Assembly (NCBI GenBank): GCA_002390705.1
Contig: DGQA01000005.1
Coordinates: 162,791 to 226,790, forward strand
DNA from: Actinobacteria bacterium UBA4426
GTDB taxonomy: Bacteria; Actinomycetota; Actinomycetes; S36-B12
Length of the DNA stretch: 64,000 nucleotides
Direction of reading: 5' to 3'
A model generated the notes under the pieces. It was not told where the DNA came from. It ran no database searches and saw nothing but the letters and a program-made list of their open reading frames with translations. Below, piece after piece: positions 1 to 9,060 of this stretch; position 1 is the stretch's first letter; every line of letters begins with the position of its first letter. The position numbers were made by a program, and so were the translations under genes.

Positions 1-1
1 G

Positions 2-1120
2 ACCCGCTCAGATCTGATCGGTGCAATTGCTGGCCTGCTGCTTGCACTCGACGGTATTCATATTGTTCTGAGTCGGACCGGACTCTTGGACATGGTGCTC
101 AGTACCTGTGTCCTCGCCGGTTTCGGGGCACTTGTACTGGATCGCGATCGAACCCGAAGGCGTCTAGCTACTTTGGGGGAAAGTTCCCCCCGACCGTGGA
201 CGGAAATTGCCGTAGGTCTGGGGCCAAGGCTTGGCCTACGCCCTTGGCGACTTCTGTCGATTGCTCTTCTGTCACTGGCGGTGAGCGTTAAATGGTCAGC
301 ATTGTGGTTCATCGCTACTTTCATGCTCCTGTCGCTTCTTTGGGATGTGTCAACCCGCCGAACCATCGGAGTGAGTCGACCCTGGTTGGCAACACTTCAC
401 AGAAGTGCACCGATCGTTTTGGCTACCTCACTAGGGCTGCTCGCCGTTATCTACGTTTTGTCGTGGACTGGTTGGCTGCTCAGTTCAACCGGGTGGGGCC
501 GAAATTGGGCCAACGAGCAGGAACCATCGATAATTCCTAATGCACTGCGATCACTCATTGACTACCACCGGCAGGCGTGGAACTTTCATGTCGACCTAGA
601 TAGCGAACACAGTTACCAAAGCAACCCGCTTTCCTGGCCACTCATGATCCGCCCAACAAGTTTTCACTACGAAAGCATCAAAGACAACAGTCTGGGTTGT
701 GCAAGTGATCATTGCGCCCAAGAAGTGCTGGCACTGGGCAATCCGATTATTTGGTGGGCCGCCTTGCTTGCGATCCCCTATCAGCTGTGGAATTGGATTA
801 CCACTCGTGACTGGCGCAGCGGTGCCTTGCTTGCCGGCATAGCTGCAGGTTGGCTGCCGTGGATGCTTTACCTCGACCGCCCCATTTTTACTTTCTACAC
901 AGTAATTTACGTTCCTTTTGTCGTAATGGCAGTGGCTCTGACCATCATGAAACTGCTACAGAAAAAAACGCCCCAACAGCAACGAGTAGTGACGGCACTG
1001 GTCGGGTTATACCTACTCGCCGTTGTCGCAGCGGCCTGGTGGTTCTACCCAATTTGGGTAGGGGAAGTGATCCCCTATGACCAATGGAGGTTGCGCATGT
1101 GGATGCCCACCTGGATCTAG
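2..1120 (+). CDS. pmt: protein O-mannosyltransferase (PMT/GT39 family), C-terminal part; 5' end outside window
   Basis: The frame is open from nt 2 with no upstream stop. It is a multi-TM protein with SNPLSWPLMIRPTSFHYE and GNPIIWWAALLAIPY strings typical of actinobacterial Pmt C-terminal halves. Confidence 0.6.
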   Translation, partial: TRSDLIGAIAGLLLALDGIHIVLSRTGLLDMVLSTCVLAGFGALVLDRDRTRRRLATLGESSPRPWTEIAVGLGPRLGLRPWRLLSIALLSLAVSVKWSALWFIATFMLLSLLWDVSTRRTIGVSRPWLATLHRSAPIVLATSLGLLAVIYVLSWTGWLLSSTGWGRNWANEQEPSIIPNALRSLIDYHRQAWNFHVDLDSEHSYQSNPLSWPLMIRPTSFHYESIKDNSLGCASDHCAQEVLALGNPIIWWAALLAIPYQLWNWITTRDWRSGALLAGIAAGWLPWMLYLDRPIFTFYTVIYVPFVVMAVALTIMKLLQKKTPQQQRVVTALVGLYLLAVVAAAWWFYPIWVGEVIPYDQWRLRMWMPTWI

Positions 1121-1211
1121 TCGAGTAATGAGTCATCTATCAATCTGCAAATATCAATTGGATTGTCACCTCAGGGACACATCTATGGGCTAACCCCGCA
1201 ATAATGCACGA

Positions 1212-1913
1212 ATGGATAGACTCCCACTCTCAAAAATTCAGGCGATGTGCTTTGATGCTTTCGGCACTCTCATCGACATTTCTTCGATTGACACATTCCT
1301 TGAGCAGCGCTTCCCTGGGAACGGATCTAATCTCAGCTTGGCTTGGCGCACAAAACAAATTGATTACTCGCGCCTCCGTTCGTTAGGGAATCGCTACAAG
1401 CCTTTTGGCGAAATTACGCAGGACGCGCTCAGGGCCAGCCTTGCTTCACTTAACCTCGAAATCGAACCGGGATCTATCCGCGAGATCATGGATCAGTACA
1501 TGAAATCCAGGGTATATCCGGACACTCTTGCCCTACTTGAGGACCTGCCAACTCCGTGGGCAATTGTTACCAATGGGGATCGTGATTTTATTTCGCCCAT
1601 TTTACGAGGGGCCGGCATCGAAGTGAGTAACGAAGCCCTCATCACCTCTGACCAGGCACACGATTTCAAAGTGTCGCCGCGCTTATACGAACTGGCATTT
1701 TCGTGGGCACAAAACTATCAAGTGGAAGCCGAACGCGAAGTGTTATTTGTATCTGCAAATCAGTGGGATGCAATCGGAGCAACCTGGTTTGGGTTCACCA
1801 CTTGCTGGATAAACCGTAATTCGCACGCTCCAGAAGAACTTGATGTCGCACCCACATATGAAGTCACACATTTGGCGCAAGTGATGGAACTTGCAAAAGA
1901 GCTCATGTGCTGA
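1212..1913 (+). CDS. haloacid dehalogenase type II (HAD superfamily hydrolase)
   Basis: 233 aa. HAD motif I is present in CFDAFGTLIDI. Length and pattern fit the L-2-haloacid dehalogenase subfamily. Confidence 0.7.
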   Translation: MDRLPLSKIQAMCFDAFGTLIDISSIDTFLEQRFPGNGSNLSLAWRTKQIDYSRLRSLGNRYKPFGEITQDALRASLASLNLEIEPGSIREIMDQYMKSRVYPDTLALLEDLPTPWAIVTNGDRDFISPILRGAGIEVSNEALITSDQAHDFKVSPRLYELAFSWAQNYQVEAEREVLFVSANQWDAIGATWFGFTTCWINRNSHAPEELDVAPTYEVTHLAQVMELAKELMC

Positions 1914-2536
1914 CCGCCTTGTTTACCGGACTCAGCATCGGGCTTGGGTCCGGAGTAGCCCCTGGGCCTTTGACCGGGCTGGCGATATCAACAACGCTTC
2001 GCAGCGGGCTTCGGCCGGGACTTTACATCGCGATTGCCCCGCTCATTTCAGACTCAATAATAATTTTTCTGTCGCTTACCCTTGTGTCTCAATTGCCTGA
2101 AACCGCAATCACGGTGCTGGGGATTGTTGGAGCGATTGTTGTTGCAGCGTTCGGCGCTGAGGTACTTTTGTCAGCCCGAAGGATGCGAAACAACGAAGTT
2201 GATATGGCAATCAAGGAAACGTCAAAATTGCAGCGACTGCCACCTGCAGCACAAGGCGCATTGATAAACTTTCTTAATCCTGCTCCCTGGATCTTTTGGA
2301 TTACCGCTGGATCCACAATCTTGATTGGGTTTTGGCGCGAAAGCCCGAACCAAGCGATTCTCTTTCTCATAGCCTTCTACCTCACCTTGGTGGGAGCGAA
2401 AGTCGCCATTGTCTTGGCCTTGGCAGCAACTCGGCACCGAATGAATGTGCGAACCTATCGATCAATTCTTACCGCGTCTGGGATTCTGCTGCTCGCAACC
2501 GCGTTGATCCTGGTCTTCACGCATGTAACGGGCTAG
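1907..2536 (+). CDS. LysE/RhtB family amino-acid exporter
   Basis: 209 aa with about 6 TM segments and a LysE-type N-terminus (GLSIGLGSGVAPGPL). The ATG overlaps the upstream stop. Confidence 0.7.
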   Translation: MLTALFTGLSIGLGSGVAPGPLTGLAISTTLRSGLRPGLYIAIAPLISDSIIIFLSLTLVSQLPETAITVLGIVGAIVVAAFGAEVLLSARRMRNNEVDMAIKETSKLQRLPPAAQGALINFLNPAPWIFWITAGSTILIGFWRESPNQAILFLIAFYLTLVGAKVAIVLALAATRHRMNVRTYRSILTASGILLLATALILVFTHVTG

Positions 2537-2566
2537 TCATCCAGATTTATTTACTAGGCTTGCCTG

Positions 2567-3397
2567 GTGGACTACAGCAGCAAACTAGCGATTGGCACCG
2601 CCCAGTGGGGATTAAATTACGGTGTCACCAATAAAAGTGGGAGGCTTGGGGACGCAGTCATCTCCACCCTCTTGGACTCCATGCGTGCCAATGCAATCGT
2701 CCACCTTGATACAGCAGCAAGTTATGGAGACGCTCAATCTCGGATCGGCAATCTCGATACAACGGGGATTCACATCCAGACAAAATTGTCGGCCAAGAAT
2801 CGCACCTGCGAAGAGTTGCGGGCCCAACTGCACGACAGTCTCACTGAACTCAAGACAGAATCAGTCAACTCACTTTTGATTCATGACTGGTTCGCTTTGG
2901 ATCAAAATGAGATTGATTCAGTAAGCCAGTTTTTTGAACTATCGATGAATGAGGGCTTAACCCATCATGTTGGGATTTCCGCCTACAACCTTTCGGACCT
3001 AGATCGCGCGAGGGACAAACTCATAGTTTGGGACACTGCTCAAATCCCGATTAATGCTCTGGATCAAAGGTTTGTCAATGCGTATGAACTTTTCCCAGGA
3101 ATTGCATTCCAGGCACGGTCAATTTTCTTACAAGGACTCTTGCTCGCTTCGAATCCCGACCATGTCGATGTCATCAGGTTCCACAAATTTTCACAATCAT
3201 TAGGTGTGAATCCACTCACTCTCAGTCTGCAATTCATCAAAGAACAGTCATGGCTTAACTCCGTGATCATCGCGCCCACGAGTCTTGACGAATTTGATCA
3301 GATTCTTATTGCGGCAAACTCGCACCTACCTGATCTCGACTTTCACTCATGTGTTTCTTTCGATGCCGAATTACTGGATCCCCGAGCCTGGAATTAA
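2567..3397 (+). CDS. aldo/keto reductase
   Basis: 276 aa with an AKR-type N-terminus (LAIGTAQWGLNYG). GTG start. Confidence 0.75.
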   Translation: MDYSSKLAIGTAQWGLNYGVTNKSGRLGDAVISTLLDSMRANAIVHLDTAASYGDAQSRIGNLDTTGIHIQTKLSAKNRTCEELRAQLHDSLTELKTESVNSLLIHDWFALDQNEIDSVSQFFELSMNEGLTHHVGISAYNLSDLDRARDKLIVWDTAQIPINALDQRFVNAYELFPGIAFQARSIFLQGLLLASNPDHVDVIRFHKFSQSLGVNPLTLSLQFIKEQSWLNSVIIAPTSLDEFDQILIAANSHLPDLDFHSCVSFDAELLDPRAWN

Positions 3398-3927
3398 ATA
3401 CTTTTACACGCTCTCTTTAAGAACTTTATGGGATTAATTGCATCAGATTCCCTGCCACTCTTCCAATATTCAAAATGCAAGTGCACCTGACCGCGCGATC
3501 CTGAGTCTCCCATTTTCCCAATCACTTGGCCCTTCTTTACCCTTTGCCCATTTTTAATCAAGACCTTGTCCATGTGGCCGTAGTAAAACATTGAACCGCT
3601 TTTCCCACGCAATACTATTTGCAATGCCCCATTTGATTGACGCTTAGTGCGGTTGATCCGGCCTGCTTCTACTGCAAAGATCGGGGTGCCTCGCTTCCCA
3701 CCCAGATCCACACCCTTGTGAGAGCGGCTACCTCGGTCAACTCCCCATCCTGCTCCAAGCCAAAAATTCTTCGTGGGGCACGCTTTGCCCTTGCGGTTCT
3801 TTTTGGCTTCCTGAGCTCGGGCTTGCGTTGCTGCGGAGCCGTTAGTTGAGGCTGACGCAACTGAGGGTGCAGCGGGAAGAAGCCCAAGGATCAAAAAGGC
3901 ACAAACTATTGCAATGAATCTTGGCAC
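3394..3927 (-). CDS. secreted M23 family metallopeptidase (peptidoglycan endopeptidase)
   Basis: N-terminal signal peptide. M23 motifs HKGVDL and GDSGSRGQVHLHFE are present. Confidence 0.85.
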   Translation of the reverse strand: MPRFIAIVCAFLILGLLPAAPSVASASTNGSAATQARAQEAKKNRKGKACPTKNFWLGAGWGVDRGSRSHKGVDLGGKRGTPIFAVEAGRINRTKRQSNGALQIVLRGKSGSMFYYGHMDKVLIKNGQRVKKGQVIGKMGDSGSRGQVHLHFEYWKSGRESDAINPIKFLKRACKSI

Positions 3928-3987
3928 CTAGGTAGCCTAAGCATGGATGTGCATCTGTACAACTCAGACACCCGGTAATGTCCTACT

Positions 3988-5055
3988 GTGAGTAATTTTG
4001 CCATTGGCACCAGACTCGTGGGTCCTGACCAACCCACCTATTTCATCGCGGATGTTGCGGCGAACCATGACGGTTCCCTGGATCGCGCGAAATCGCTCAT
4101 GACTTTGGCTAAGGACGCCGGAGCGGACTGCGCCAAGTTCCAACATTTCCGGGCTGAACACATTGTGAGTGATTTCGGTTTCAAAGCCCTTGGCCAAGCG
4201 CAATCGCATCAAGCTACTTGGGATAAGTCAGTCTTTGAGGTGTACCAAGCGGCAAGCCTTCCTTGGGAATGGACCGCTCCCCTGGCGGCCCACGCAAAGG
4301 AAATCGACATCGAGTTCATGTCCGCCCCGTACGACTTTGAGGCGGTGGCGCATCTTGATCCTTTTGTCAACGCGTACAAGATTGGTTCCGGCGATATAAA
4401 TTGGTTGGAGGAATTGGAAGTTGTTGCGGGTTTAGGCAAGCCAATAATTGTTGCAACCGGTGCGGCAACCTTGGAAGATGTCCAACGGACCATGGAGATG
4501 CTTTTACCGACAGGACTTCCGCTTGTCCTTATGCAATGTAATACGAATTATGAAGGTAACTTAGAAAATATTCACCACGTTAATCTCCGCGTTCTTCAGC
4601 AATACGCCCAAGAATTCCCCACCGTTACTCTCGGACTTTCCGATCACACCCCCGGTCATCTCACAGTGCTGGGAGCCGTTGCCCTAGGCGCCCGGGTTGT
4701 TGAGAAGCATTTCACTGATGACTCAAGCTTGCCCGGACCCGATCATGGCTTCTCAATGGACCCGGTGACTTGGCGCGCCATGGTCGAGGACACACGCAAA
4801 CTCGAGGCTGCACTGGGTTCCGGCGTTAAAGGGATTGAAGACAATGAATTGCATACGGTTGTCCTTCAACGCAGGTGCGTGCGTGCACAGCGTGACCTTC
4901 CTCAGGGAACTACCATCACGCGATCAGATCTTGTTGTGCTTCGCCCCGCACCCCGCGAGGCAATTCCTGCACACGTTGTGACGCAAGTACCCGGCAAAGT
5001 GACTACACGAAACATCCTGGCGGGCGATATCATTACTTGGGAAGATCTCGGCTAA
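3988..5055 (+). CDS. N-acetylneuraminate (nonulosonic acid) synthase family protein, NeuB/SpsE-like
   Basis: FIADVAANHDGSLDRAKSLMTLAKDAGADCAKFQ, KIGSGD, LSDHT and EKHFT..GPDH motifs are present. A C-terminal SAF-like domain follows. Confidence 0.8.
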   Translation: MSNFAIGTRLVGPDQPTYFIADVAANHDGSLDRAKSLMTLAKDAGADCAKFQHFRAEHIVSDFGFKALGQAQSHQATWDKSVFEVYQAASLPWEWTAPLAAHAKEIDIEFMSAPYDFEAVAHLDPFVNAYKIGSGDINWLEELEVVAGLGKPIIVATGAATLEDVQRTMEMLLPTGLPLVLMQCNTNYEGNLENIHHVNLRVLQQYAQEFPTVTLGLSDHTPGHLTVLGAVALGARVVEKHFTDDSSLPGPDHGFSMDPVTWRAMVEDTRKLEAALGSGVKGIEDNELHTVVLQRRCVRAQRDLPQGTTITRSDLVVLRPAPREAIPAHVVTQVPGKVTTRNILAGDIITWEDLG

Positions 5056-5061
5056 ACGTCA

Positions 5062-5997
5062 ATGGGAAAAAAATGTGTATACCTCAGTGATAGCAACGGG
5101 ATTCATGACCAGCGTTGGCGCTCAGCACTCGCACTTATGGGTTGGGATGTCTCACTCGCCGTAACCGATTCCCACACCCCGGTCATTGCCGGCCCAATCA
5201 CCACAACACGTGTGAAATCCTTAGCCAATTGCTCTAATCCCATTATTGGCTTGTCGTGGGGATGGGATTTGCATGCGTCCGAGATCCGCCAATCTGCGGC
5301 GTGGCTGAGCAGGCTTTCCGGACTCATTGTTGACTCTGGTCCCACAATGGAAATTGCGATTTCCTTGGGGGCTAATCCAGATGCAATTGCCATGATCCCC
5401 TGGGGTATCGACCTCAATCAATTTATTCCGATCCCTCGAGGTGAAAAAATTGACCTGTCAATTCTGAGCCTACGAGCACATGAGCCGATTTATCGAGTTG
5501 ACACGATTTTGGGAGCGGTGAGTCACCTACAAGAGAAAGGAATTCCATGTTCTTTGACCGTGGGGAATGAGGGAACTCTGACCGATACGTTAAAGCGCCA
5601 AGTGGACGACCTTGGCCTTCATCATGTGGAATTCATAGGCCACATCCCAGAAAATGAACTACCCGCACTTTTTGGCAAACATGGATTCTACGTTTCTGCC
5701 GCCGAGACAGATGGCACTTCGGTCACATTATTACAGGCCATGGCGATGGAAGTACCTGTGGTCGTTTCCGATAGCCCTGGGAATGTCGCATGGTTAAAAA
5801 ACAATCCAGAGCCAACGGGAAGGCTATTTGTACTCGGTGATTCTTTCAATCTCGAAATCACGCTTCTTGAGGCAATGAATTTCCCCGAAGTCACTAAAAA
5901 TATGGCCCAACATGGCCGAACAGTAGTTGAGCGAGACGCTGATTGGAATCGTAATATTTGGCGTCTCGACCATTTACTGGCCTCACATCTGGTTTAG
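5062..5997 (+). CDS. glycosyltransferase, GT-B fold (family 4-like)
   Basis: C-terminal ETDGTSVTLLQAMAMEVPVVVSD motif. It sits 6 nt after the NeuB-like gene. Confidence 0.7.
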   Translation: MGKKCVYLSDSNGIHDQRWRSALALMGWDVSLAVTDSHTPVIAGPITTTRVKSLANCSNPIIGLSWGWDLHASEIRQSAAWLSRLSGLIVDSGPTMEIAISLGANPDAIAMIPWGIDLNQFIPIPRGEKIDLSILSLRAHEPIYRVDTILGAVSHLQEKGIPCSLTVGNEGTLTDTLKRQVDDLGLHHVEFIGHIPENELPALFGKHGFYVSAAETDGTSVTLLQAMAMEVPVVVSDSPGNVAWLKNNPEPTGRLFVLGDSFNLEITLLEAMNFPEVTKNMAQHGRTVVERDADWNRNIWRLDHLLASHLV

Positions 5998-6043
5998 GGA
6001 CTAGATCGTATGGATCTGGCACTTTCGTGAGTAGCCTAAAGCC

Positions 6044-7144
6044 ATGAGTGGCCCTAAAACAGTTGTCTTTGATTCACGCAACGTGTGGCGAACCAGTTTC
6101 ATAGTTCTCGCCGTAGTCGCGATTGCCCTGCTCCTAAAATTTCTCCTCGAAGACGGCGGCAGCGTAATTTTTATTGTCCTAATGGCTTGGTTTGCTTCTA
6201 TAGCAATAGAGCCTGCCGTCGGTCGTCTTGCGCGACACATGAAGCGTGGGTTGGCAACAGCCCTTGTAATGCTTTCAATCCTTATTTTCTTTATTGTCTT
6301 TGGCGCGACTTTTGGTAATCTGCTCTTCAACCAAATTGCGGACTTGCTGCGCAGCCTTCCCGGACTACTCGATAGCGCACTTGTTTGGTTTAACGAACGT
6401 ACTAATTCTAGTTATGAAATCAATGATCTTTGGGAACAATTCAACATCACTCCTTCAGACTCAGCTCAATATGCAGCCACCGTTTTACAGGGTGTTCTAG
6501 GTCTACTTGGCTCAGTTGCGCTCGGATTCTTTGGCCTATTCACATTTGGTCTTTTTACTTTTTATCTTTCCGCAGACGCCCTCAGGTTTCGTCGCTATAT
6601 CCGTTCGCTATTCACTCCAAAGTTTCAGCCTCTTGCCGAGCAAGTGTGGGGAATCACGGCTGATAAAACCGGGAACTATGTTGCAGCGCGCCTGCTTCTG
6701 GCGTTTATTAATGGTGGGACTAGCGCCATAGTTTTTTACGCCATCGGTATGCCATCTTGGCTGGCACTGGGCATTTGGACTGGACTCGTAGCCCAATTCG
6801 TTCCCACAATCGGCACCTATATTGCAATCGTTTTGCCCGTTCTTGTGGGCCTACTCAGCGGGAATCCTTGGATTGGGGTCATCGCACTAATTTGGGCAGT
6901 TCTTTATCAACAGGTGGAAAACCTCACGATTGAGCCAAAAATCAGCGCCCGTGCGGTCAATGTGCACCCGGCAGTGGCATTCGCATCGGTTATGCTTGGC
7001 GCTAGCCTGTTCGGAGTCGCTGGAGCCCTGATCGCCGTTCCGGTTGTCGCAATGGCCATTAGCCTGATCGAAGTCCGACAACTGCGACATGAAATACCCA
7101 ACGAAGAACCCGAAGTGGGGATCGAATCCGAACAAGAAATGTAA
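6044..7144 (+). CDS. AI-2E family transporter (PerM/UPF0118)
   Basis: About 8 TM segments. The conserved core LVAQFVPTIGTYIAIV...YQQVENLTIEPKI is present. Confidence 0.8.
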   Translation: MSGPKTVVFDSRNVWRTSFIVLAVVAIALLLKFLLEDGGSVIFIVLMAWFASIAIEPAVGRLARHMKRGLATALVMLSILIFFIVFGATFGNLLFNQIADLLRSLPGLLDSALVWFNERTNSSYEINDLWEQFNITPSDSAQYAATVLQGVLGLLGSVALGFFGLFTFGLFTFYLSADALRFRRYIRSLFTPKFQPLAEQVWGITADKTGNYVAARLLLAFINGGTSAIVFYAIGMPSWLALGIWTGLVAQFVPTIGTYIAIVLPVLVGLLSGNPWIGVIALIWAVLYQQVENLTIEPKISARAVNVHPAVAFASVMLGASLFGVAGALIAVPVVAMAISLIEVRQLRHEIPNEEPEVGIESEQEM

Positions 7145-7164
7145 TCCACCCGAAAGAAGGACTC

Positions 7165-7920
7165 ATGAACATCACCGATCACAGCTTGCGCCGCTGGAAT
7201 GTGATTGCTGGACTTGCTCACACAGTTCAGCTAGTAATCATTCTTATTTTGGCCAACGACTTCACTCTCCCTATAACCGCGACCTACCTTGAAGGCCCTC
7301 CTGGAACCACACCCAGTGACACGATCACCCTCTTTGATTCCCCAATCGCGTGGGGAGTCGCTTTATTCTTCGCACTCTCAGCTTTCTTCCACTTCTTGGT
7401 TGCAAGCCCTCTGTACTTCACAAAATATATTGCCGGATTGAACCTGCAACGCAACTACTTCCGATGGGTTGAGTACTCCATTAGTTCTTCGGTCATGATC
7501 GTGTTGATTGCGCAAATCACCGGTATCGCGGACGTTGCAGCCCTCATCGCCATCTTTGGTGTCAATTCATCGATGATTCTTTTCGGTTGGCTCCAAGAGA
7601 AGTACGAGCAGCCTGGGAGCGGCGGCTTACTGCCTTTTGTGTTCGGTTGTATTACTGGAATCGTGCCGTGGATTGTAGTAGCGGTTTATGTAATAGCCCC
7701 AGGATCAACATCTGGTGCGGAAACACCAATCTTTGTCTACGGAATAATTGTGTCGCTCTTCCTCTTCTTCAACTCATTTGCTTTAGTCCAATACCTTCAA
7801 TACAAGCAGGTAGGCAAATGGGCCGACTACCGTTACGGCGAGCGCGCCTACATTTTCCTTAGCTTGATCGCCAAAAGTATTCTGGCCTGGCAGATCTTCG
7901 CGGGGACATTAGCTTCATAG
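7165..7920 (+). CDS. heliorhodopsin (retinal-binding 7TM photoreceptor, inverted topology family)
   Basis: Seven hydrophobic segments. K237 lies in the last helix (SLIAKSILAWQ) and E103 in helix 3 (RWVEYSISSSVMIVLIAQ); His19 and His76 are also present. Long near-verbatim strings match heliorhodopsin 48C12 as I remember it: FGVNSSMILFGWLQEKY, YVIAPGSTS, FLFFNSFALVQYLQYK. Confidence 0.9.
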   Translation: MNITDHSLRRWNVIAGLAHTVQLVIILILANDFTLPITATYLEGPPGTTPSDTITLFDSPIAWGVALFFALSAFFHFLVASPLYFTKYIAGLNLQRNYFRWVEYSISSSVMIVLIAQITGIADVAALIAIFGVNSSMILFGWLQEKYEQPGSGGLLPFVFGCITGIVPWIVVAVYVIAPGSTSGAETPIFVYGIIVSLFLFFNSFALVQYLQYKQVGKWADYRYGERAYIFLSLIAKSILAWQIFAGTLAS

Positions 7921-7980
7921 CGTGAAGTCCAGACCTGCGAAATTGTTGTAGTTTCTCAGATCTGGGCACATCCAGGTCCG

Positions 7981-9060
7981 TTAACTCCTGCCGGTTTGCG
8001 CACGCGCAATCAACATGTTGACCACTGCTCCAAAGGTTGCGAATCGTGGATTGGTTGTCGCCCCGGATTGATATCTTGCCCAGATTTGTTGAATGATTAC
8101 TGCGAGCCGAAATAGTCCATAGATTTCATAAAATTGCCAATTCTGCTCCAGAGACTGCCGCACTTGGCCACCCATTAATTGTCCGTACCGCTCAACCACT
8201 TGTGCTCGCGTGAGCATCCCGTGCGCATCTGTTGGCTGCATCCGCACATTTCGATAGTCAGGATCGTCATCGGCTTGTACCCAATATGCCAAGGCTGCCC
8301 CCAAATCCATGCATGGATCGCCGATCGTTGACATCTCCCAATCGAGAATTCCGATCAATTCACCGGATGAGTTCAGGACTAGATTGTCAAAGCGCCAATC
8401 ACCGTGAATGAGTGTGTGGGGGACATCGGGTGGTTGGTTGAGCTCTAGCCAAGCCATTAGCTCTTCGGCATCGGGTACATCACGGGTTCGCGAATCACGA
8501 TAACGCTTCGACCACCCTGACACCTGTCGCGATACGTACCCCCCACCTCGATCCAGGTCGGCTAATCCCACCTCGGTGACATTCACCTGGTGAACCTGAA
8601 CTAGAGCGTCAACCATAGATTCACATAGCGCTCGAATGTCGGTATCGCTCCGCGCCAAATCCTCGGGAATAGAAGTGCTCAGAATATGGCCCGGAATGTA
8701 CTCCATAAGGTAGAACGGAGCCCCCAGCACTGTGCTGTTTTCACAGTACGCAATGACATTGGGGGCGGGGGCAAGAACGGGACCAAGTGCACTGAGTACT
8801 CGTGCTTCCCGACCCATGTCGTGGGCACTTGCTGCTTTCACGCCATGTGGCGGCTTACGTAAAACCAAGGAGAGACCCGTCGCATCGGTGACCAAGTAGG
8901 TCAGATTGCTCGCACCACCTTGAAACTGCAATAAGCCTAGGGGGCCGGTGAGTCCCAGCCCTTCCTCAGTTGCCCACTCCAGTAGTGCATCCAGGTCAAG
9001 CGTGTCTTCACTTCGGACTTCTGAGCCTCGATCCGGTATGGCCTTATCCACCAAGAGCAC
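7981..9060 (-). CDS. phosphotransferase family protein (APH/choline-kinase fold)
   Basis: Catalytic loop IHGDWRFDNLVL and metal-site ILDWEMSTIGDP are present. The start (GTG 9060, TTG 9054 or GTG 9051) overlaps the stop of the upstream ACAD. Confidence 0.75.
   Translation of the reverse strand: MLLVDKAIPDRGSEVRSEDTLDLDALLEWATEEGLGLTGPLGLLQFQGGASNLTYLVTDATGLSLVLRKPPHGVKAASAHDMGREARVLSALGPVLAPAPNVIAYCENSTVLGAPFYLMEYIPGHILSTSIPEDLARSDTDIRALCESMVDALVQVHQVNVTEVGLADLDRGGGYVSRQVSGWSKRYRDSRTRDVPDAEELMAWLELNQPPDVPHTLIHGDWRFDNLVLNSSGELIGILDWEMSTIGDPCMDLGAALAYWVQADDDPDYRNVRMQPTDAHGMLTRAQVVERYGQLMGGQVRQSLEQNWQFYEIYGLFRLAVIIQQIWARYQSGATTNPRFATFGAVVNMLIARAQTGRS

Noticed and set aside
6533-6562. In-frame tandem GLFTF-GLFTF duplication inside the AI-2E transporter (ggcctattcacattt / ggtctttttactttt)
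   Set aside because: It is a diverged 15-nt duplication within a TM helix, most likely neutral slippage. There is no evidence of functional significance.
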